Assembly: GCA_041173245.1 (NCBI GenBank)
Contig: JBEDIY010000060.1
Coordinates: 15,640 to 79,639, forward strand
Direction: 5' to 3'
Source: Bacteroidota bacterium
GTDB taxonomy: Bacteria > Bacteroidota > Bacteroidia > Chitinophagales > Chitinophagaceae
DNA: 64,000 nt
Under the pieces are notes generated by a model. That model was not told where the DNA came from. It worked only from the letters and a program-made list of their open reading frames with translations, and did not search any database. Made by a program: the position numbers and the translations under genes. This document shows positions 38,598 to 48,634 of the stretch, one piece after another; positions within the stretch are counted from its first letter, which is position 1, and every line of letters starts with the position of its first letter.

Positions 38598-39539
38598 TTA
38601 AAACCATTTCTTTTTCATAAAATACCAACTAATGATACCAGCAAGTGCTAAAGACAAACCAATTGGAATGTAAAATGAATAGGGGTGATGGGCCCCTGGT
38701 ATATGGTCTACATTCATTCCATATAAACTTGCGACCATTACGGGAAGTGATAAAATAATGGTAATGGACGTTAATCGTTTCATTACATTATTAAGGTTAT
38801 TGCTAATGATACTTGCAAAAGCATCCAGTGTACTGGTTAATATATTGGTGTAAATATTGGCCATTTCAAGGGCCTGACTGGTGTCTACAATTAAGTCATT
38901 TAAAAATTCACGTTCCTCTTCAGTTAAGCCTAAAAAGTTAGTACGTTCCAATTTCATCATTAGCATTTCATTGCTTTTTAATGCTGTAACAAAATATACT
39001 AGACTTTTTTGTATGCGCATTAGATTAAACAAATCAATATTACTATTGCTTTGGTACATGCTAGACTCATACTGATTGCGCCTTATATTAATTTCTTTTA
39101 AGCACTCCATAAAGTTTTGAACTACTTTTTCAAAAACTTTAAGAATCATCATATTTTTTTTATCTGGATGTCTTTTTTGAAAAGAATTTAAAAACTTATT
39201 GATGGCGCCATTATCAAAGGAATTAACTGTTATAATTTGTGTATGCGTTAAAATAATACAAATGGGAATGGTAATATAAAACGCGTCACTATCATTAAAC
39301 GAATTATTTTCGGTGGGTGTTTTGATAACCACAAACTTTACATTATCCGCTATTTCGTAACGTGGCCGCTCATCAATGTCTAAAGAGTCCCTCAAGAATT
39401 CGATAGGGATATCTAATTTTTCACTTAGATCAATAAATTCCTCTTCCTTAAAAGGTGGAACTAGGTTCACCCATACACCCACTTCTGGATTGTCAATTTC
39501 TACCGTTTGACCATCTATATTTTTGAAATATTGAATCAT
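38598..39539 (-). CDS. corA: CorA family magnesium/cobalt transporter
   Basis: 313 aa. Two C-terminal TM helices with the YGMNV signature. Confidence 0.9.
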   Translation of the reverse strand: MIQYFKNIDGQTVEIDNPEVGVWVNLVPPFKEEEFIDLSEKLDIPIEFLRDSLDIDERPRYEIADNVKFVVIKTPTENNSFNDSDAFYITIPICIILTHTQIITVNSFDNGAINKFLNSFQKRHPDKKNMMILKVFEKVVQNFMECLKEINIRRNQYESSMYQSNSNIDLFNLMRIQKSLVYFVTALKSNEMLMMKLERTNFLGLTEEEREFLNDLIVDTSQALEMANIYTNILTSTLDAFASIISNNLNNVMKRLTSITIILSLPVMVASLYGMNVDHIPGAHHPYSFYIPIGLSLALAGIISWYFMKKKWF

Positions 39540-39556
39540 ACTGCCAACTTTTAAAA

Positions 39557-40333
39557 TTATATAGTTATTTGACCTTCAAAGACAAATGATGCAGGGCCGC
39601 ATAGCCAAACATCTGTAAAATGCTGCGCATCTATTTTATTGAATTTTATCAGAAGATGGCCACCCAGAGTTCTAATATTTGTTTCTTGTTTGCCAACACT
39701 ATCTTTACTCATTGCTAATGCTGCTGCTGTTACACCTGTGCCACAGCTAAAGGTTTCGTTTTCTACACCACGTTCATAAGTTCGAACAAATAATTCGTTA
39801 TCATTCAATTCTACAAAGTTTACATTGATTCCAATTTTGTTGTAAGTTTCATTATAGCGTATGATTTTACCATTTGCGTAAACATCAAAAGTGGCAAGTT
39901 GCGTAACATGTTTGATATAATGAGGTGATCCCGTATTTAAAACAGTAGCATCATTTTGATAGGAGACCTCGTTTACATCAATCATTTTTAAATGCACCCA
40001 CCCATTAGCGTCAATAACAGCTTCATGTTCACCATCAGAAGCAATAAATGTATAGGTAGTTGGCTGTATCCCTTTATCAAATGCAAATTTTGTTAAACAC
40101 CTGCCACCATTACCACACATGGTTCCTGGAGCACCATCGGCATTAAAATATACCATTTCAAAATCGTAGCTATCATGCTTGTTTAAAAGCATCAGACCAT
40201 CTGCTCCAATTCCAAAATGTCTATCACACAATAAGGCAACTTGTTTATTAGATAATTGAATAATTCCTTCTCGATTATCGACAATCATAAAATCGTTTCC
40301 TGTACCTTGGTATTTATAAAAATGTAACAACAT
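39557..40333 (-). CDS. dapF: diaminopimelate epimerase
   Basis: 258 aa. FYKYQGTGNDF, catalytic Cys segments MCGNGGRC and SCGTGVTA. Confidence 0.92.
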   Translation of the reverse strand: MLLHFYKYQGTGNDFMIVDNREGIIQLSNKQVALLCDRHFGIGADGLMLLNKHDSYDFEMVYFNADGAPGTMCGNGGRCLTKFAFDKGIQPTTYTFIASDGEHEAVIDANGWVHLKMIDVNEVSYQNDATVLNTGSPHYIKHVTQLATFDVYANGKIIRYNETYNKIGINVNFVELNDNELFVRTYERGVENETFSCGTGVTAAALAMSKDSVGKQETNIRTLGGHLLIKFNKIDAQHFTDVWLCGPASFVFEGQITI

Positions 40334-40335
40334 AA

Positions 40336-41211
40336 TTAAAGTGTTGAAATTACTTCTAATGATTGTTTGATTAAATTTTCTACAGCGGCATTGCCATCTT
40401 TGCTAAAAGTTTTAGAAACTCTATTTGCGACAATGGCACTCAAGCTTAAGCATTGATGACCTTGTAATTTACCCAATCCATAAATGGCACTTGTTTCCAT
40501 TTCAAAATTTGTTATTTTATGAGGGCCATAATTAAAGGTTGTTAATTGATCTATCAGTTCGGTGTACATCAGCGGTAAACGAAGCACCCTGCCTTGTGGA
40601 CCATAAAATCCAGGACAAGTTACTGTTATTCCTTGATGATATCCTGTTACGAAATGTTTAAGTAATTTAACGCTAGCGCCTGTTATGTATGGACCAGAAA
40701 ATGATGTATTGAGTGTTATTTGATCTTCAAAAGCTGTTAATATTTGAGCTTCTTCACCATTGTTTTCGTGTTTGTAGAAATGAAGTAAGTTATCAATTCC
40801 AAGTCCATGTGTACTAGCCACAAAACTATCTACAGGGATATCTGCTTGCAAAGAGCCAGAAGTACCAAGTCTAATAATTTGAAGGGTCGTTAACGTATTT
40901 TTTATGGTTCTTGTTTCAAAGTCAATATTAACAAGCGCATCTAGTTCGTTCATTACAATATCAATATTATCAGGACCAATACCTGTCGAAACCACAGAAA
41001 TTCTTTTATTTCCAATAAAACCAGTATGGGTAACAAACTCCCGATGCTGGCTTTTGTGCTCTATATGATCAAAGTATTTACTTACCTCAGAAACCCTGTC
41101 TGGATCTCCAACCGTTAAAACAGTAGCTCCTAATTCATGGGGGCATAGGTTTAAATGATAAACTGCACCTCTATTATTGATGATAAGTTCACTTTCGGCG
41201 ATTCTTTGCAT
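40336..41211 (-). CDS. nucleoside phosphorylase (PNP/UDP-1 family, uridine phosphorylase-like)
   Basis: 291 aa. VGDPDR, STGIG, RLGTSGSL, FEMETSAIY motifs. Confidence 0.75.
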   Translation of the reverse strand: MQRIAESELIINNRGAVYHLNLCPHELGATVLTVGDPDRVSEVSKYFDHIEHKSQHREFVTHTGFIGNKRISVVSTGIGPDNIDIVMNELDALVNIDFETRTIKNTLTTLQIIRLGTSGSLQADIPVDSFVASTHGLGIDNLLHFYKHENNGEEAQILTAFEDQITLNTSFSGPYITGASVKLLKHFVTGYHQGITVTCPGFYGPQGRVLRLPLMYTELIDQLTTFNYGPHKITNFEMETSAIYGLGKLQGHQCLSLSAIVANRVSKTFSKDGNAAVENLIKQSLEVISTL

Positions 41212-41298
41212 TTGGGCATATTTTGGAACAAATTTCGGGTATTCAGATTTAGAATTTTGATTTTCCTTTCTTTGCTTTATTTTCGCAGTCCAATTATT

Positions 41299-41369
41299 GG
41301 TCCTGTGGCCGAGTGGCTAGGCAGAGCTCTGCAAAAGCTTCCACAGCGGTTCGAATCCGCTCGGGACCT
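41299..41369 (+). tRNA. tRNA-Cys (GCA)
   Basis: Manual cloverleaf. Acceptor GGTCCTG/CGGGACC (one G-U), D arm GCC-GAGTGGCTA-GGC, anticodon arm GAGCT-CTGCAAA-AGCTT, T arm AGCGG-TTCGAAT-CCGCT, discriminator T. 71 nt, CCA not encoded. Confidence 0.9.
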
Positions 41370-41382
41370 CAAAACACTTTAA

Positions 41383-41408
41383 AATAGCTCCTTTTGGAGC
41401 TATTTTTT
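41383..41408 (+). terminator. rho-independent terminator after tRNA-Cys
   Basis: Stem AATAGCTCC / GGAGCTATT, TTTT loop, followed by a T run. Confidence 0.75.
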
Positions 41409-41431
41409 CTTATTTTTAACTGAATTTAGCC

Positions 41432-41821
41432 ATGAAATACACACAAACTATTGGAATTATTGCTGCTTTGGTTGTGCTTATTTGTTCCTTTTTACCATGG
41501 AGTATTGTATTATCTCAGCAAATAACTATCTCAGGTTTTGAAACCAAAGGAACTAGGTTTGGTAAACCAGGGCTGTTTTTAAACTTTTTTACAATTTTAT
41601 CTATCATATTATTTTTGATACCTGCCATTTGGGCTAAACGTACCAATATATTTATTGGTGCCATTGTATTCTCTTGGAGTATTAGAAATTATATTTTAGT
41701 TTCAACTTGTTTAATGGGAGAGTGTCCAGAAAAGCAACCCGCACTATATGCACTAGTTGTTGCAAGTGCAATTGTGATGCTCATGGCTTTACTTCCTAAA
41801 TTAAATAGTACTAAAAAGTAA
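41432..41821 (+). CDS. hypothetical 4-TM membrane protein
   Basis: 129 aa with four hydrophobic segments. Ends 3 nt before the downstream GT2 gene. Confidence 0.5.
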   Translation: MKYTQTIGIIAALVVLICSFLPWSIVLSQQITISGFETKGTRFGKPGLFLNFFTILSIILFLIPAIWAKRTNIFIGAIVFSWSIRNYILVSTCLMGECPEKQPALYALVVASAIVMLMALLPKLNSTKK

Positions 41822-41824
41822 CCA

Positions 41825-42868
41825 TTGTCAAGTAGTACCGTAGCCATCGTAATTTTAAATTTTAATGGTAAAAAGCATCTAGAAGCTTTTTTGCCATCTG
41901 TAATGAATACGAGCTATGCTAATGCTACAATTATTATTGCAGACAATGGATCTACCGATGATTCTCTTACGTTTTTAGCAGCCAATTATCCGGACGTAAC
42001 TTGTCTAAAAAGAAGTACCAACGAAGGTTTTGCGGGTGGTTATAATTGGGCGTTATCACTTATTGATGCCCATTATTATGTGCTCTTAAATTCTGACGTT
42101 GAAGTAACGCCTAATTGGCTAGAACCTATGGTAACACTACTTGATAGTGATTCTCATATTGCGGCATGTCAACCTAAAATACTTTCTTATTACAACAAAG
42201 ATAGTTTTGAATATGCTGGCGCATCGGGAGGTTGGATTGATGTACTTGGCTATCCATTTTCGAGGGGAAGAATATTTGATGTTTGCGAAAAAGACGAGGG
42301 TCAATATAATCATTGTGAACCTATTTTTTGGGCAACTGGTGCTTCGTTGTTTATTAGGGCGAGTTGTTTTAAACAAGTAGGAGGGTTAGATGAAAGTTTT
42401 TTTGCCCATCAAGAAGAAATTGATCTTTGTTGGAGGCTTCAACGAGCTGGTTATGCTATTATGAGCTGTCCAAATTCGGTGGTATATCATGTGGGTGGAG
42501 GGACTCTTCCAAGAGGCGGTCGAAAAGTGTTTTTGAATTTCAGAAACAACCTTTTAATGCTAGGTAAAAACCTACCTATATCGGAACTCATTTGGAAAAT
42601 TCCTATTCGGTTTTGTTTAGATGCGATATCGGCATGGAAAGGGGTGCTGCAAGGAGATTTTTCTTTCTTTAACGCCATTGTAAAAGCCCATTTATCAGTG
42701 ATGTCTATTTGGACAAAACAGCTACTTAAAGGGGAGAGGAAAAGGAATTTGACGCCCAAAAAACCAATGATCTCTTTAACCGGTATGTTTAATCGCTCCA
42801 TTATTTGGTGTTATTTCGTTAAAAAACAAACTAAATTTTCTGAAATTATTTTGTCAAAGAGGATGTAA
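41825..42868 (+). CDS. glycosyltransferase family 2 (COG1216-type)
   Basis: 347 aa. VAIVILNFNG, ADNGSTDDS, NEGFAGGYN, LNSDVEV, QEEIDLCWR. The conserved N-terminus requires the TTG start at 41825, because the first in-frame ATG would delete it. Confidence 0.85.
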   Translation: MSSSTVAIVILNFNGKKHLEAFLPSVMNTSYANATIIIADNGSTDDSLTFLAANYPDVTCLKRSTNEGFAGGYNWALSLIDAHYYVLLNSDVEVTPNWLEPMVTLLDSDSHIAACQPKILSYYNKDSFEYAGASGGWIDVLGYPFSRGRIFDVCEKDEGQYNHCEPIFWATGASLFIRASCFKQVGGLDESFFAHQEEIDLCWRLQRAGYAIMSCPNSVVYHVGGGTLPRGGRKVFLNFRNNLLMLGKNLPISELIWKIPIRFCLDAISAWKGVLQGDFSFFNAIVKAHLSVMSIWTKQLLKGERKRNLTPKKPMISLTGMFNRSIIWCYFVKKQTKFSEIILSKRM

Positions 42869-42884
42869 ATAATCATTGATACCT

Positions 42885-42892
42885 TATTTTTG
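42885..42892 (+). promoter_or_regulatory. -7 promoter box TATTTTTG
   Basis: Exact TAnnTTTG, 19 nt upstream of ATG 42911. It overlaps the ORF-track TTG start at 42890, which argues against that start. Confidence 0.4.
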
Positions 42893-42910
42893 CACTTCCA
42901 AAACACTACT

Positions 42911-43114
42911 ATGTCTGAACAAACAAATAATATCCCGGAAAAAGATCTAGCCAATAACTGGGTATCTTCTTCTAAATTCTTATTTTATTTACACATTTTT
43001 TGCATTCTTGCTTTTGTTTTAGGTGGTTGTTACCGTTTATATGACCAACGTTATAAAGGTAAACCAGACGTTGAAGTGCAAGGAAGTAGCCAATACAAGC
43101 CTGAATACAAATAA
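42911..43114 (+). CDS. small hypothetical single-TM protein
   Basis: 67 aa (MSEQTNNIPEK...). One central TM helix (FLFYLHIFCILAFVLGGCY) and a charged C-terminal tail. Confidence 0.4.
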   Translation: MSEQTNNIPEKDLANNWVSSSKFLFYLHIFCILAFVLGGCYRLYDQRYKGKPDVEVQGSSQYKPEYK

Positions 43115-43162
43115 TTTTATTGGATTTTTCAATAAAAAATTTTGTCAGCAACTGCAGAATCC

Positions 43163-43170
43163 TATTTTTG
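43163..43170 (+). promoter_or_regulatory. -7 promoter box TATTTTTG upstream of tRNA-Gly
   Basis: Exact TAnnTTTG, 29 nt upstream of the mature tRNA 5' end. Confidence 0.5.
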
Positions 43171-43198
43171 CACTCCTATTTTAGTTCTTTACAATCAA

Positions 43199-43271
<73 letters not shown>

Positions 43272-43273
43272 CT

Positions 43274-43303
43274 AAATCCCGAGCATCGTTCGGGATTTTT
43301 TTT
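43274..43303 (+). terminator. terminator-like hairpin directly after tRNA-Gly
   Basis: Stem AAATCCCGA / TCGGGATTT, 7-nt loop, followed by a T8 run. Confidence 0.7.
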
Positions 43304-43310
43304 ACACCAT

Positions 43311-43396
43311 GCCCTGGTGGTGGAACTGGTAGACACGCAGGACTTAAAATCCTGTTCGCCGCAACGCGAGTGCGGGTTCGATTCCCGCCTGGGGCA
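43311..43396 (+). tRNA. tRNA-Leu (TAA), class II with long variable arm
   Basis: Manual fold. Acceptor GCCCTGG/CTGGGGC (two G-U), anticodon arm CAGGA-CTTAAAA-TCCTG, 17-nt variable arm, T arm GCGGG-TTCGATT-CCCGC, discriminator A. 86 nt. Confidence 0.9.
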
Positions 43397-43398
43397 CT

Positions 43399-43429
43399 AT
43401 CCCTTCGCCTACGCGAGGGGATTTTTTTT
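43399..43429 (+). terminator. rho-independent terminator after tRNA-Leu
   Basis: Stem ATCCCTTCGC / GCGAGGGGAT, 4-nt loop, T8 run. Confidence 0.75.
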
Positions 43430-43457
43430 GCTATATTGTGGCTAGTAAATACGCCTA

Positions 43458-44612
43458 ATGCCCATCATTTTATTTGATAATTTATTTAGACATCAGTTGT
43501 ATCCATTTACGCATACAAGGGCTATTGGTTCTATTAGATCAGGTATTTTTACCCCACAAGAAAGATGGGAGAAAATAACAAGTGATCAAGTGCAAATTGA
43601 TACCAACAAAACATTGCAACCTTTATATGGAACTCCACAAATCAATTCAAATACGCTGTGGATCGATGCGGCCCTCATTTTAGACAATTATTTAATTTCC
43701 CAAATTGTTGCCTTACATGCTGGTGAATGTATTTTTGATGCCACCGGTTTTATTGCTGGCATCGGTGCAACTAATAATATAAATGATTATGCTGCTACTA
43801 CAAAGTTGGAGATTCAAAAAAGGTTCCAATATGCATCTGATTTAATCGCAATTAATGATGCGCAAATTAGATTTGATTTTGAATTAGCTACCACTGGTAA
43901 AACCTCCGCTCCAATACCTGATACATGTTCGGCGATCAATAAAGAACAAATTTTTATTGAAGAAAATACAACCCTTTTAAATTGCCAATTAAACGCAAGC
44001 ACTGGGCCAATATATATTGCAAGTGGTGCAGAAATTCAGGAAGGTTCCTGTATTAGAGGTCCATTTTTTTTAGGAAAAGGTGCCTGTGTTAAAATGAATA
44101 CAGTGGTGTATGGCGCTACTACTATAGGGCCTAAAAGTATCATAGGAGGCGAAGTAAAAAATAGTATCTTATTTGGATATTCTAATAAAGCGCATCATGG
44201 TTATTTAGGAGATTCGGTGATTGGTCAATGGTGCAATTTAGGTGCTGGCACTTCTAATAGCAATGTAAAAAATACAGGTGGAAATGTTGGTGTTTGGGAT
44301 GAACAAACAAATACCACAAGATATGTTGGTAATAAAATGGGGGGTTGCATGGGCGACTATGTTAAAACGGCTATTAATACGAGCATTACAACCGGAGCAA
44401 CTATTGGCGTGGGTGCCAATGTTTTTTGTGCAGGTCTTACCCCAAATGTAGTACCTCATTTTAGTTGGGGTACTGAAAATACTACCTATCAAATTGACAA
44501 ACTCATAGATGACACAACCAATTGGAAAGCTTTCAAGAACGAACCCTTTACTGATATTGAAAAACAGATGATCCGAGCTATCTTTGAAATATTAACAAGC
44601 AACCTATCTTAA
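43458..44612 (+). CDS. GlmU-family / putative sugar nucleotidyltransferase-like protein with C-terminal left-handed beta-helix
   Basis: 384 aa. N-terminal MPIILFDNLFRHQLYPFTHTRAIGSIRSGIFT resembles the NTP_transf_4-type domain. C-terminal hexapeptide repeats (GPKSIIGGEVKNSILFGYSNKAHHGYLGDSVIGQWCNLGAGT). Confidence 0.65.
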   Translation: MPIILFDNLFRHQLYPFTHTRAIGSIRSGIFTPQERWEKITSDQVQIDTNKTLQPLYGTPQINSNTLWIDAALILDNYLISQIVALHAGECIFDATGFIAGIGATNNINDYAATTKLEIQKRFQYASDLIAINDAQIRFDFELATTGKTSAPIPDTCSAINKEQIFIEENTTLLNCQLNASTGPIYIASGAEIQEGSCIRGPFFLGKGACVKMNTVVYGATTIGPKSIIGGEVKNSILFGYSNKAHHGYLGDSVIGQWCNLGAGTSNSNVKNTGGNVGVWDEQTNTTRYVGNKMGGCMGDYVKTAINTSITTGATIGVGANVFCAGLTPNVVPHFSWGTENTTYQIDKLIDDTTNWKAFKNEPFTDIEKQMIRAIFEILTSNLS

Positions 44613-44637
44613 AATATAAGCAATAAAATAAGTCATC

Positions 44638-45402
44638 ATGAGAAAGCAAATCGCAGCAGCCAATTGGAAAATGAATTTAACGCTCACCGAAGGGGAAGCA
44701 TTATTAGATGCCATTAGCGCAAAGCCACATAGTTTGGCCCCTAACCAAGAAGCTATTTTTGCGGTTCCATTTCCTTACATTTCAATGGCCCAAGCAAAAG
44801 TAGGTGCCAAAACAAATGTTTATGTGGCCGCACAAAACTGTTCCAATAAATTATCTGGTGCCTATACAGGTGAAGTCTCTGTTACAATGCTTCAAAGCAT
44901 GTGTGTTAAATATGTAGTGATTGGACATTCAGAAAGAAGAGAATATTTCAATGAAAGCAATGAGTTGTTGGCTCAAAAAGTTGATACCTGTTTAGAAAAT
45001 CAAACGACCCCCATTTTTTGTTGCGGGGAGCCTCTTGTTATCAGAGAAGCGGGTACTCAAAATGATTATGTAGCTGGGCAATTGACTGAATCATTATTTC
45101 ATTTGCCAGAAGCGTCTATATCAAAGCTTGTTATCGCTTACGAACCCATTTGGGCGATAGGCACTGGCAAAACCGCTAGTAGCGAGCAAGCACAAGAAAT
45201 GCATGCTTTTATTAGAAGTCATATTGCGAGCAAATATGGTGCTTCAGTAGCTGATTCGATTTCTATTTTATATGGAGGAAGCGTTAAAAGTGCCAATGCC
45301 GTTGAAATTTTTGGCCAACCAGATGTTGATGGTGGTTTAGTAGGTGGTGCATCCCTTATTGCGGACGAATTTGTAGCCATTATTAATGCACTAAAAAAGT
45401 AG
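44638..45402 (+). CDS. tpiA: triose-phosphate isomerase
   Basis: 254 aa. AANWKMN, IGHSERR, AYEPIWAIGTG motifs. Confidence 0.95.
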   Translation: MRKQIAAANWKMNLTLTEGEALLDAISAKPHSLAPNQEAIFAVPFPYISMAQAKVGAKTNVYVAAQNCSNKLSGAYTGEVSVTMLQSMCVKYVVIGHSERREYFNESNELLAQKVDTCLENQTTPIFCCGEPLVIREAGTQNDYVAGQLTESLFHLPEASISKLVIAYEPIWAIGTGKTASSEQAQEMHAFIRSHIASKYGASVADSISILYGGSVKSANAVEIFGQPDVDGGLVGGASLIADEFVAIINALKK

Positions 45403-45411
45403 TTTTAAGCT

Positions 45412-45419
45412 TATCTTTG
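45412..45419 (+). promoter_or_regulatory. -7 promoter box TATCTTTG upstream of lepA
   Basis: Exact TAnnTTTG only 8 nt upstream of ATG 45427. This implies a very short or absent leader. Confidence 0.4.
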
Positions 45420-45426
45420 CACACTT

Positions 45427-47211
45427 ATGAAGCAACTACGTAATTTTTGCATTATTGCACATATTGACCATGGTAAATCTACCTTGGCCGACCGTTTATT
45501 GGAGCATACCAAAACAATTGGTGAAAGGGACATGATGAACCAAGTTTTGGATGACATGGACTTGGAACGCGAAAAGGGTATTACCATTAAAAGTCACGCC
45601 ATACAGGTTAGCTACATGTACAAGGGTACAGAATACATTTTAAACCTGATTGATACACCTGGCCACGTAGATTTTAGTTACGAAGTAAGCAGAGCGTTAG
45701 CCGCTTGTGAGGGTGCTTTATTATTAGTTGATGCATCCCAAGGCATTCAGGCACAAACCATTTCAAATTTATATTTAGCCATTGATAATAATTTAGAAAT
45801 CATTCCTGTCATCAATAAAATTGATATGGATGGTGCTAAAATTCCGGAAGTAACGGATCAAATTGTTGATTTAATTGGTTGTAAAGCAGAAGATATTTTA
45901 TTAGCGAGTGGAAAATCAGGCATTGGTATCGAAGAAATTTTAGAAGCCATTGTTGAGCGAATTCCTGCGCCAACTGGAGATACCGAAGCACCACTACAAG
46001 CACTTATTTTTGATAGTGTATTTAATAGTTTTAGAGGCATTATCGTTTATTACCGCATCATGAATGGGGTACTTAAAAAAGGCGATAAAATTCAATTTGT
46101 TGCCTCAGGTAACGATTATTTTGCCGATGAAGTGGGCGTTTTAAAATTAAGCATGACTCCAAAGCCCGAAGTTAGGGCAGGAGATGTAGGTTATATTATT
46201 ACAGGGATTAAAAATGCGAAAGAAGTTAAAGTGGGTGACACGATAACACTTGCCAACAATCCTGGAAAAATGATCAATGGTTTTGAAGAGGTTAAGCCCA
46301 TGGTATTTGCGGGTATATTTCCTGTAAATACCGATGCGTTTGAAGAACTTCGTGATTGTATGGATAAGCTTCAATTAAATGACGCTTCTTTAACTTTTGA
46401 GCTAGAAACTTCACAAGCATTAGGATTTGGTTTTAGATGCGGATTTTTAGGCCTCTTACACATGGAAATTATCCAAGAGCGACTAGAAAGAGAATTTAAC
46501 CAAACGGTAATTACTACTGTTCCCAACGTAGGATTTATTGCTTACACCACTAGAAACGAAAAAATCATGGTTAACAATCCAACAGAAATGCCGGATCCTG
46601 TTAAAATTGATCGAATCGAAGAACCTTTTATTCGTGCACAAATTATTACCCTTCCCGATTATATAGGAAATATCATGACACTTTGCTTAGGCAAAAGAGG
46701 AATGCTTATTAACCAAAGTTATTTGACACCTACTCGTGTAGAACTCATTTTTGAAATGCCATTAACTGAAATCGTATTTGATTTCTATGACAAACTAAAA
46801 AGCTCTACAAGAGGTTATGCTTCTTTTGATTATAACCCAATTGGCTACCGTGATGCAGACATCGTAAAAATGGACATCTTACTTAACAATGAAAAAGTTG
46901 ATGCATTAAGTGCCCTTATTCATAGAGGAAGAGCCACAGATTTTGGCAGAAGATTGTGTGAGAAATTAAAAGAACTGTTACCTAAACAACAATTCCAAAT
47001 TGCGATACAAGCAGCCATTGGTGCTAAAGTAATTGCGAGAGAAAACATCAGTGCCATGCGTAAAGACGTTACTGCAAAATGTTATGGTGGTGACATTAGC
47101 CGTAAACGTAAACTACTAGAAAAGCAAAAAGAAGGTAAAAAGCGTATGCGTCAAATTGGAAACGTAGAAGTTCCCCAAGAAGCATTTTTAGCCGTACTTA
47201 AATTAGACTAA
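45427..47211 (+). CDS. lepA: translation elongation factor 4
   Basis: 594 aa. [28 protein letters not shown], and the LepA-specific C-terminal domain ([23 protein letters not shown]). Confidence 0.95.
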   Translation: MKQLRNFCIIAHIDHGKSTLADRLLEHTKTIGERDMMNQVLDDMDLEREKGITIKSHAIQVSYMYKGTEYILNLIDTPGHVDFSYEVSRALAACEGALLLVDASQGIQAQTISNLYLAIDNNLEIIPVINKIDMDGAKIPEVTDQIVDLIGCKAEDILLASGKSGIGIEEILEAIVERIPAPTGDTEAPLQALIFDSVFNSFRGIIVYYRIMNGVLKKGDKIQFVASGNDYFADEVGVLKLSMTPKPEVRAGDVGYIITGIKNAKEVKVGDTITLANNPGKMINGFEEVKPMVFAGIFPVNTDAFEELRDCMDKLQLNDASLTFELETSQALGFGFRCGFLGLLHMEIIQERLEREFNQTVITTVPNVGFIAYTTRNEKIMVNNPTEMPDPVKIDRIEEPFIRAQIITLPDYIGNIMTLCLGKRGMLINQSYLTPTRVELIFEMPLTEIVFDFYDKLKSSTRGYASFDYNPIGYRDADIVKMDILLNNEKVDALSALIHRGRATDFGRRLCEKLKELLPKQQFQIAIQAAIGAKVIARENISAMRKDVTAKCYGGDISRKRKLLEKQKEGKKRMRQIGNVEVPQEAFLAVLKLD

Positions 47212-48080
47212 TTCTTTTTTTTAATGGTTTGATCTGGGTTAACACGCGGATCAGGATCTAATTCTTTAATTCTAGGGAGGTGTATCCATTTGCCTTTATC
47301 CCATTTAAATCCTTCATAGGTTCCGTAAGGGACGAGTGTTTCTTTTTTTTCTGGGTTATTTTCTTCACTAATAAGACTCGCAAAAATGATAAGGTCTAGA
47401 TCAGGATCATAATTCATTTTAACGATAGACTCCTTCTTGTATTCGATTACAAACCGAGCGGTTGGTTGTTTTGGCTTAAATTCATCATTTTTATACACGA
47501 AATAATTGCCACCAAATACAGGCTTGTTATCGTTATCAAAATGCATAACATCCATCCATTTTTTGTGGGTTACTGCATTGTTGCCATCTAAACCTAATAA
47601 GGTGTAGTAGGTTTTATTATTATGCTTTTTAGGAATAATTTTATAATAAATAGCACCAATCCAGTGTTTAGCATCTCTAATAGAATCATTGGGGGCGTCT
47701 GTAAATTCGGAACAATCAAATAAAGGAATGAGTTGCAAACTTCCATCTTTGGTATTCATTTGAATGGCACCTTTTTGACGATAACTTTTTTCGTCTTCAG
47801 ATAAAAGTTGCCAAGTAAATATTTTAAAGGCACTGTCAGGTGAAAATAGGGTAGAAACGGTTATTAATGAATCAAACTTATGGTTAAATGAATAGGGTGT
47901 TTTTAATGCTCTAACAAGTCCTTTGGTAAAGAGGCTATCTGCCGAAACTCTTTCTGTATAGTTTTCTCCATTAACGATAGTAAAGGCCGTATTTTTAATT
48001 TGATCTTCTAATTGCGATATAGATTGCGCAGCTAATTGATTACAAATAAAAAATAATACAAAAAGAATCTTTTTCATCAT
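47208..48080 (-). CDS. hypothetical secreted protein
   Basis: 290 aa. Signal peptide [19 protein letters not shown]. No motif I recognise. Last gene of the tightly packed minus-strand block. Confidence 0.55.
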   Translation of the reverse strand: MMKKILFVLFFICNQLAAQSISQLEDQIKNTAFTIVNGENYTERVSADSLFTKGLVRALKTPYSFNHKFDSLITVSTLFSPDSAFKIFTWQLLSEDEKSYRQKGAIQMNTKDGSLQLIPLFDCSEFTDAPNDSIRDAKHWIGAIYYKIIPKKHNNKTYYTLLGLDGNNAVTHKKWMDVMHFDNDNKPVFGGNYFVYKNDEFKPKQPTARFVIEYKKESIVKMNYDPDLDLIIFASLISEENNPEKKETLVPYGTYEGFKWDKGKWIHLPRIKELDPDPRVNPDQTIKKKN

Positions 48081-48085
48081 TGTTA

Positions 48086-48634
48086 TTATAGTGCGTTTGC
48101 AAATTCAATTAATGAGTTAAATCTGTAGTCGATATTTGAATGCGGAAATGCAATTTCTGGATGTGTTGTAGCTAAAAAAACACTATGCATACCTGCGTTA
48201 CGTGCAAAGCCCATATCACTTAAACGGTTCCCCACCATAATGCATTTCGAAAAATCAATTTCTGGAAATTGTTGTTGTGCCTGATAAGCCATGCCACATT
48301 GTGGTTTACGATTTGGTGCATCATCTTCCATATCTGAACAATAATAGATGGCGTCTATTTGACCCCCACCAAGTTCAATTTGCAATTGTAAAGAAGCGTG
48401 AATTGCATCTAAATCTTGCGCTGTCATAAGTCCTTTACCAATCCCTTTTTGATTGGTAACTATGATGATTTTTGAAAATAGGGTTGCAAAAATGCGCATC
48501 GCATCTACTACACCATCATAGAGTTTTAATTCAGACACATTTCTGATATAGTCTAAATGCTTTTCGTGATTTAATACACCATCTCGGTCTAAAAAAAGTG
48601 TCCACGAAGGATCAATATTTTCTAAAATATCCAT
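48086..48634 (-). CDS. HAD-IIIA family phosphatase, GmhB-like (D,D-heptose 1,7-bisphosphate phosphatase family)
   Basis: 182 aa. FLDRDGVLN, VTNQKGIGKG, NRKP, VGNRLSD. It lacks the Cys/His zinc-site pattern I recall for E. coli GmhB. Its ATG overlaps the gmhA stop (TAATG). Confidence 0.7.
   Translation of the reverse strand: MDILENIDPSWTLFLDRDGVLNHEKHLDYIRNVSELKLYDGVVDAMRIFATLFSKIIIVTNQKGIGKGLMTAQDLDAIHASLQLQIELGGGQIDAIYYCSDMEDDAPNRKPQCGMAYQAQQQFPEIDFSKCIMVGNRLSDMGFARNAGMHSVFLATTHPEIAFPHSNIDYRFNSLIEFANAL

Noticed and set aside
41155-41382. 75-aa ORF spanning the nucleoside phosphorylase start region and tRNA-Cys.
   Set aside because: It overlaps the 5' end of a well-supported gene on the other strand and the whole tRNA-Cys. 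It has no coding-like features.
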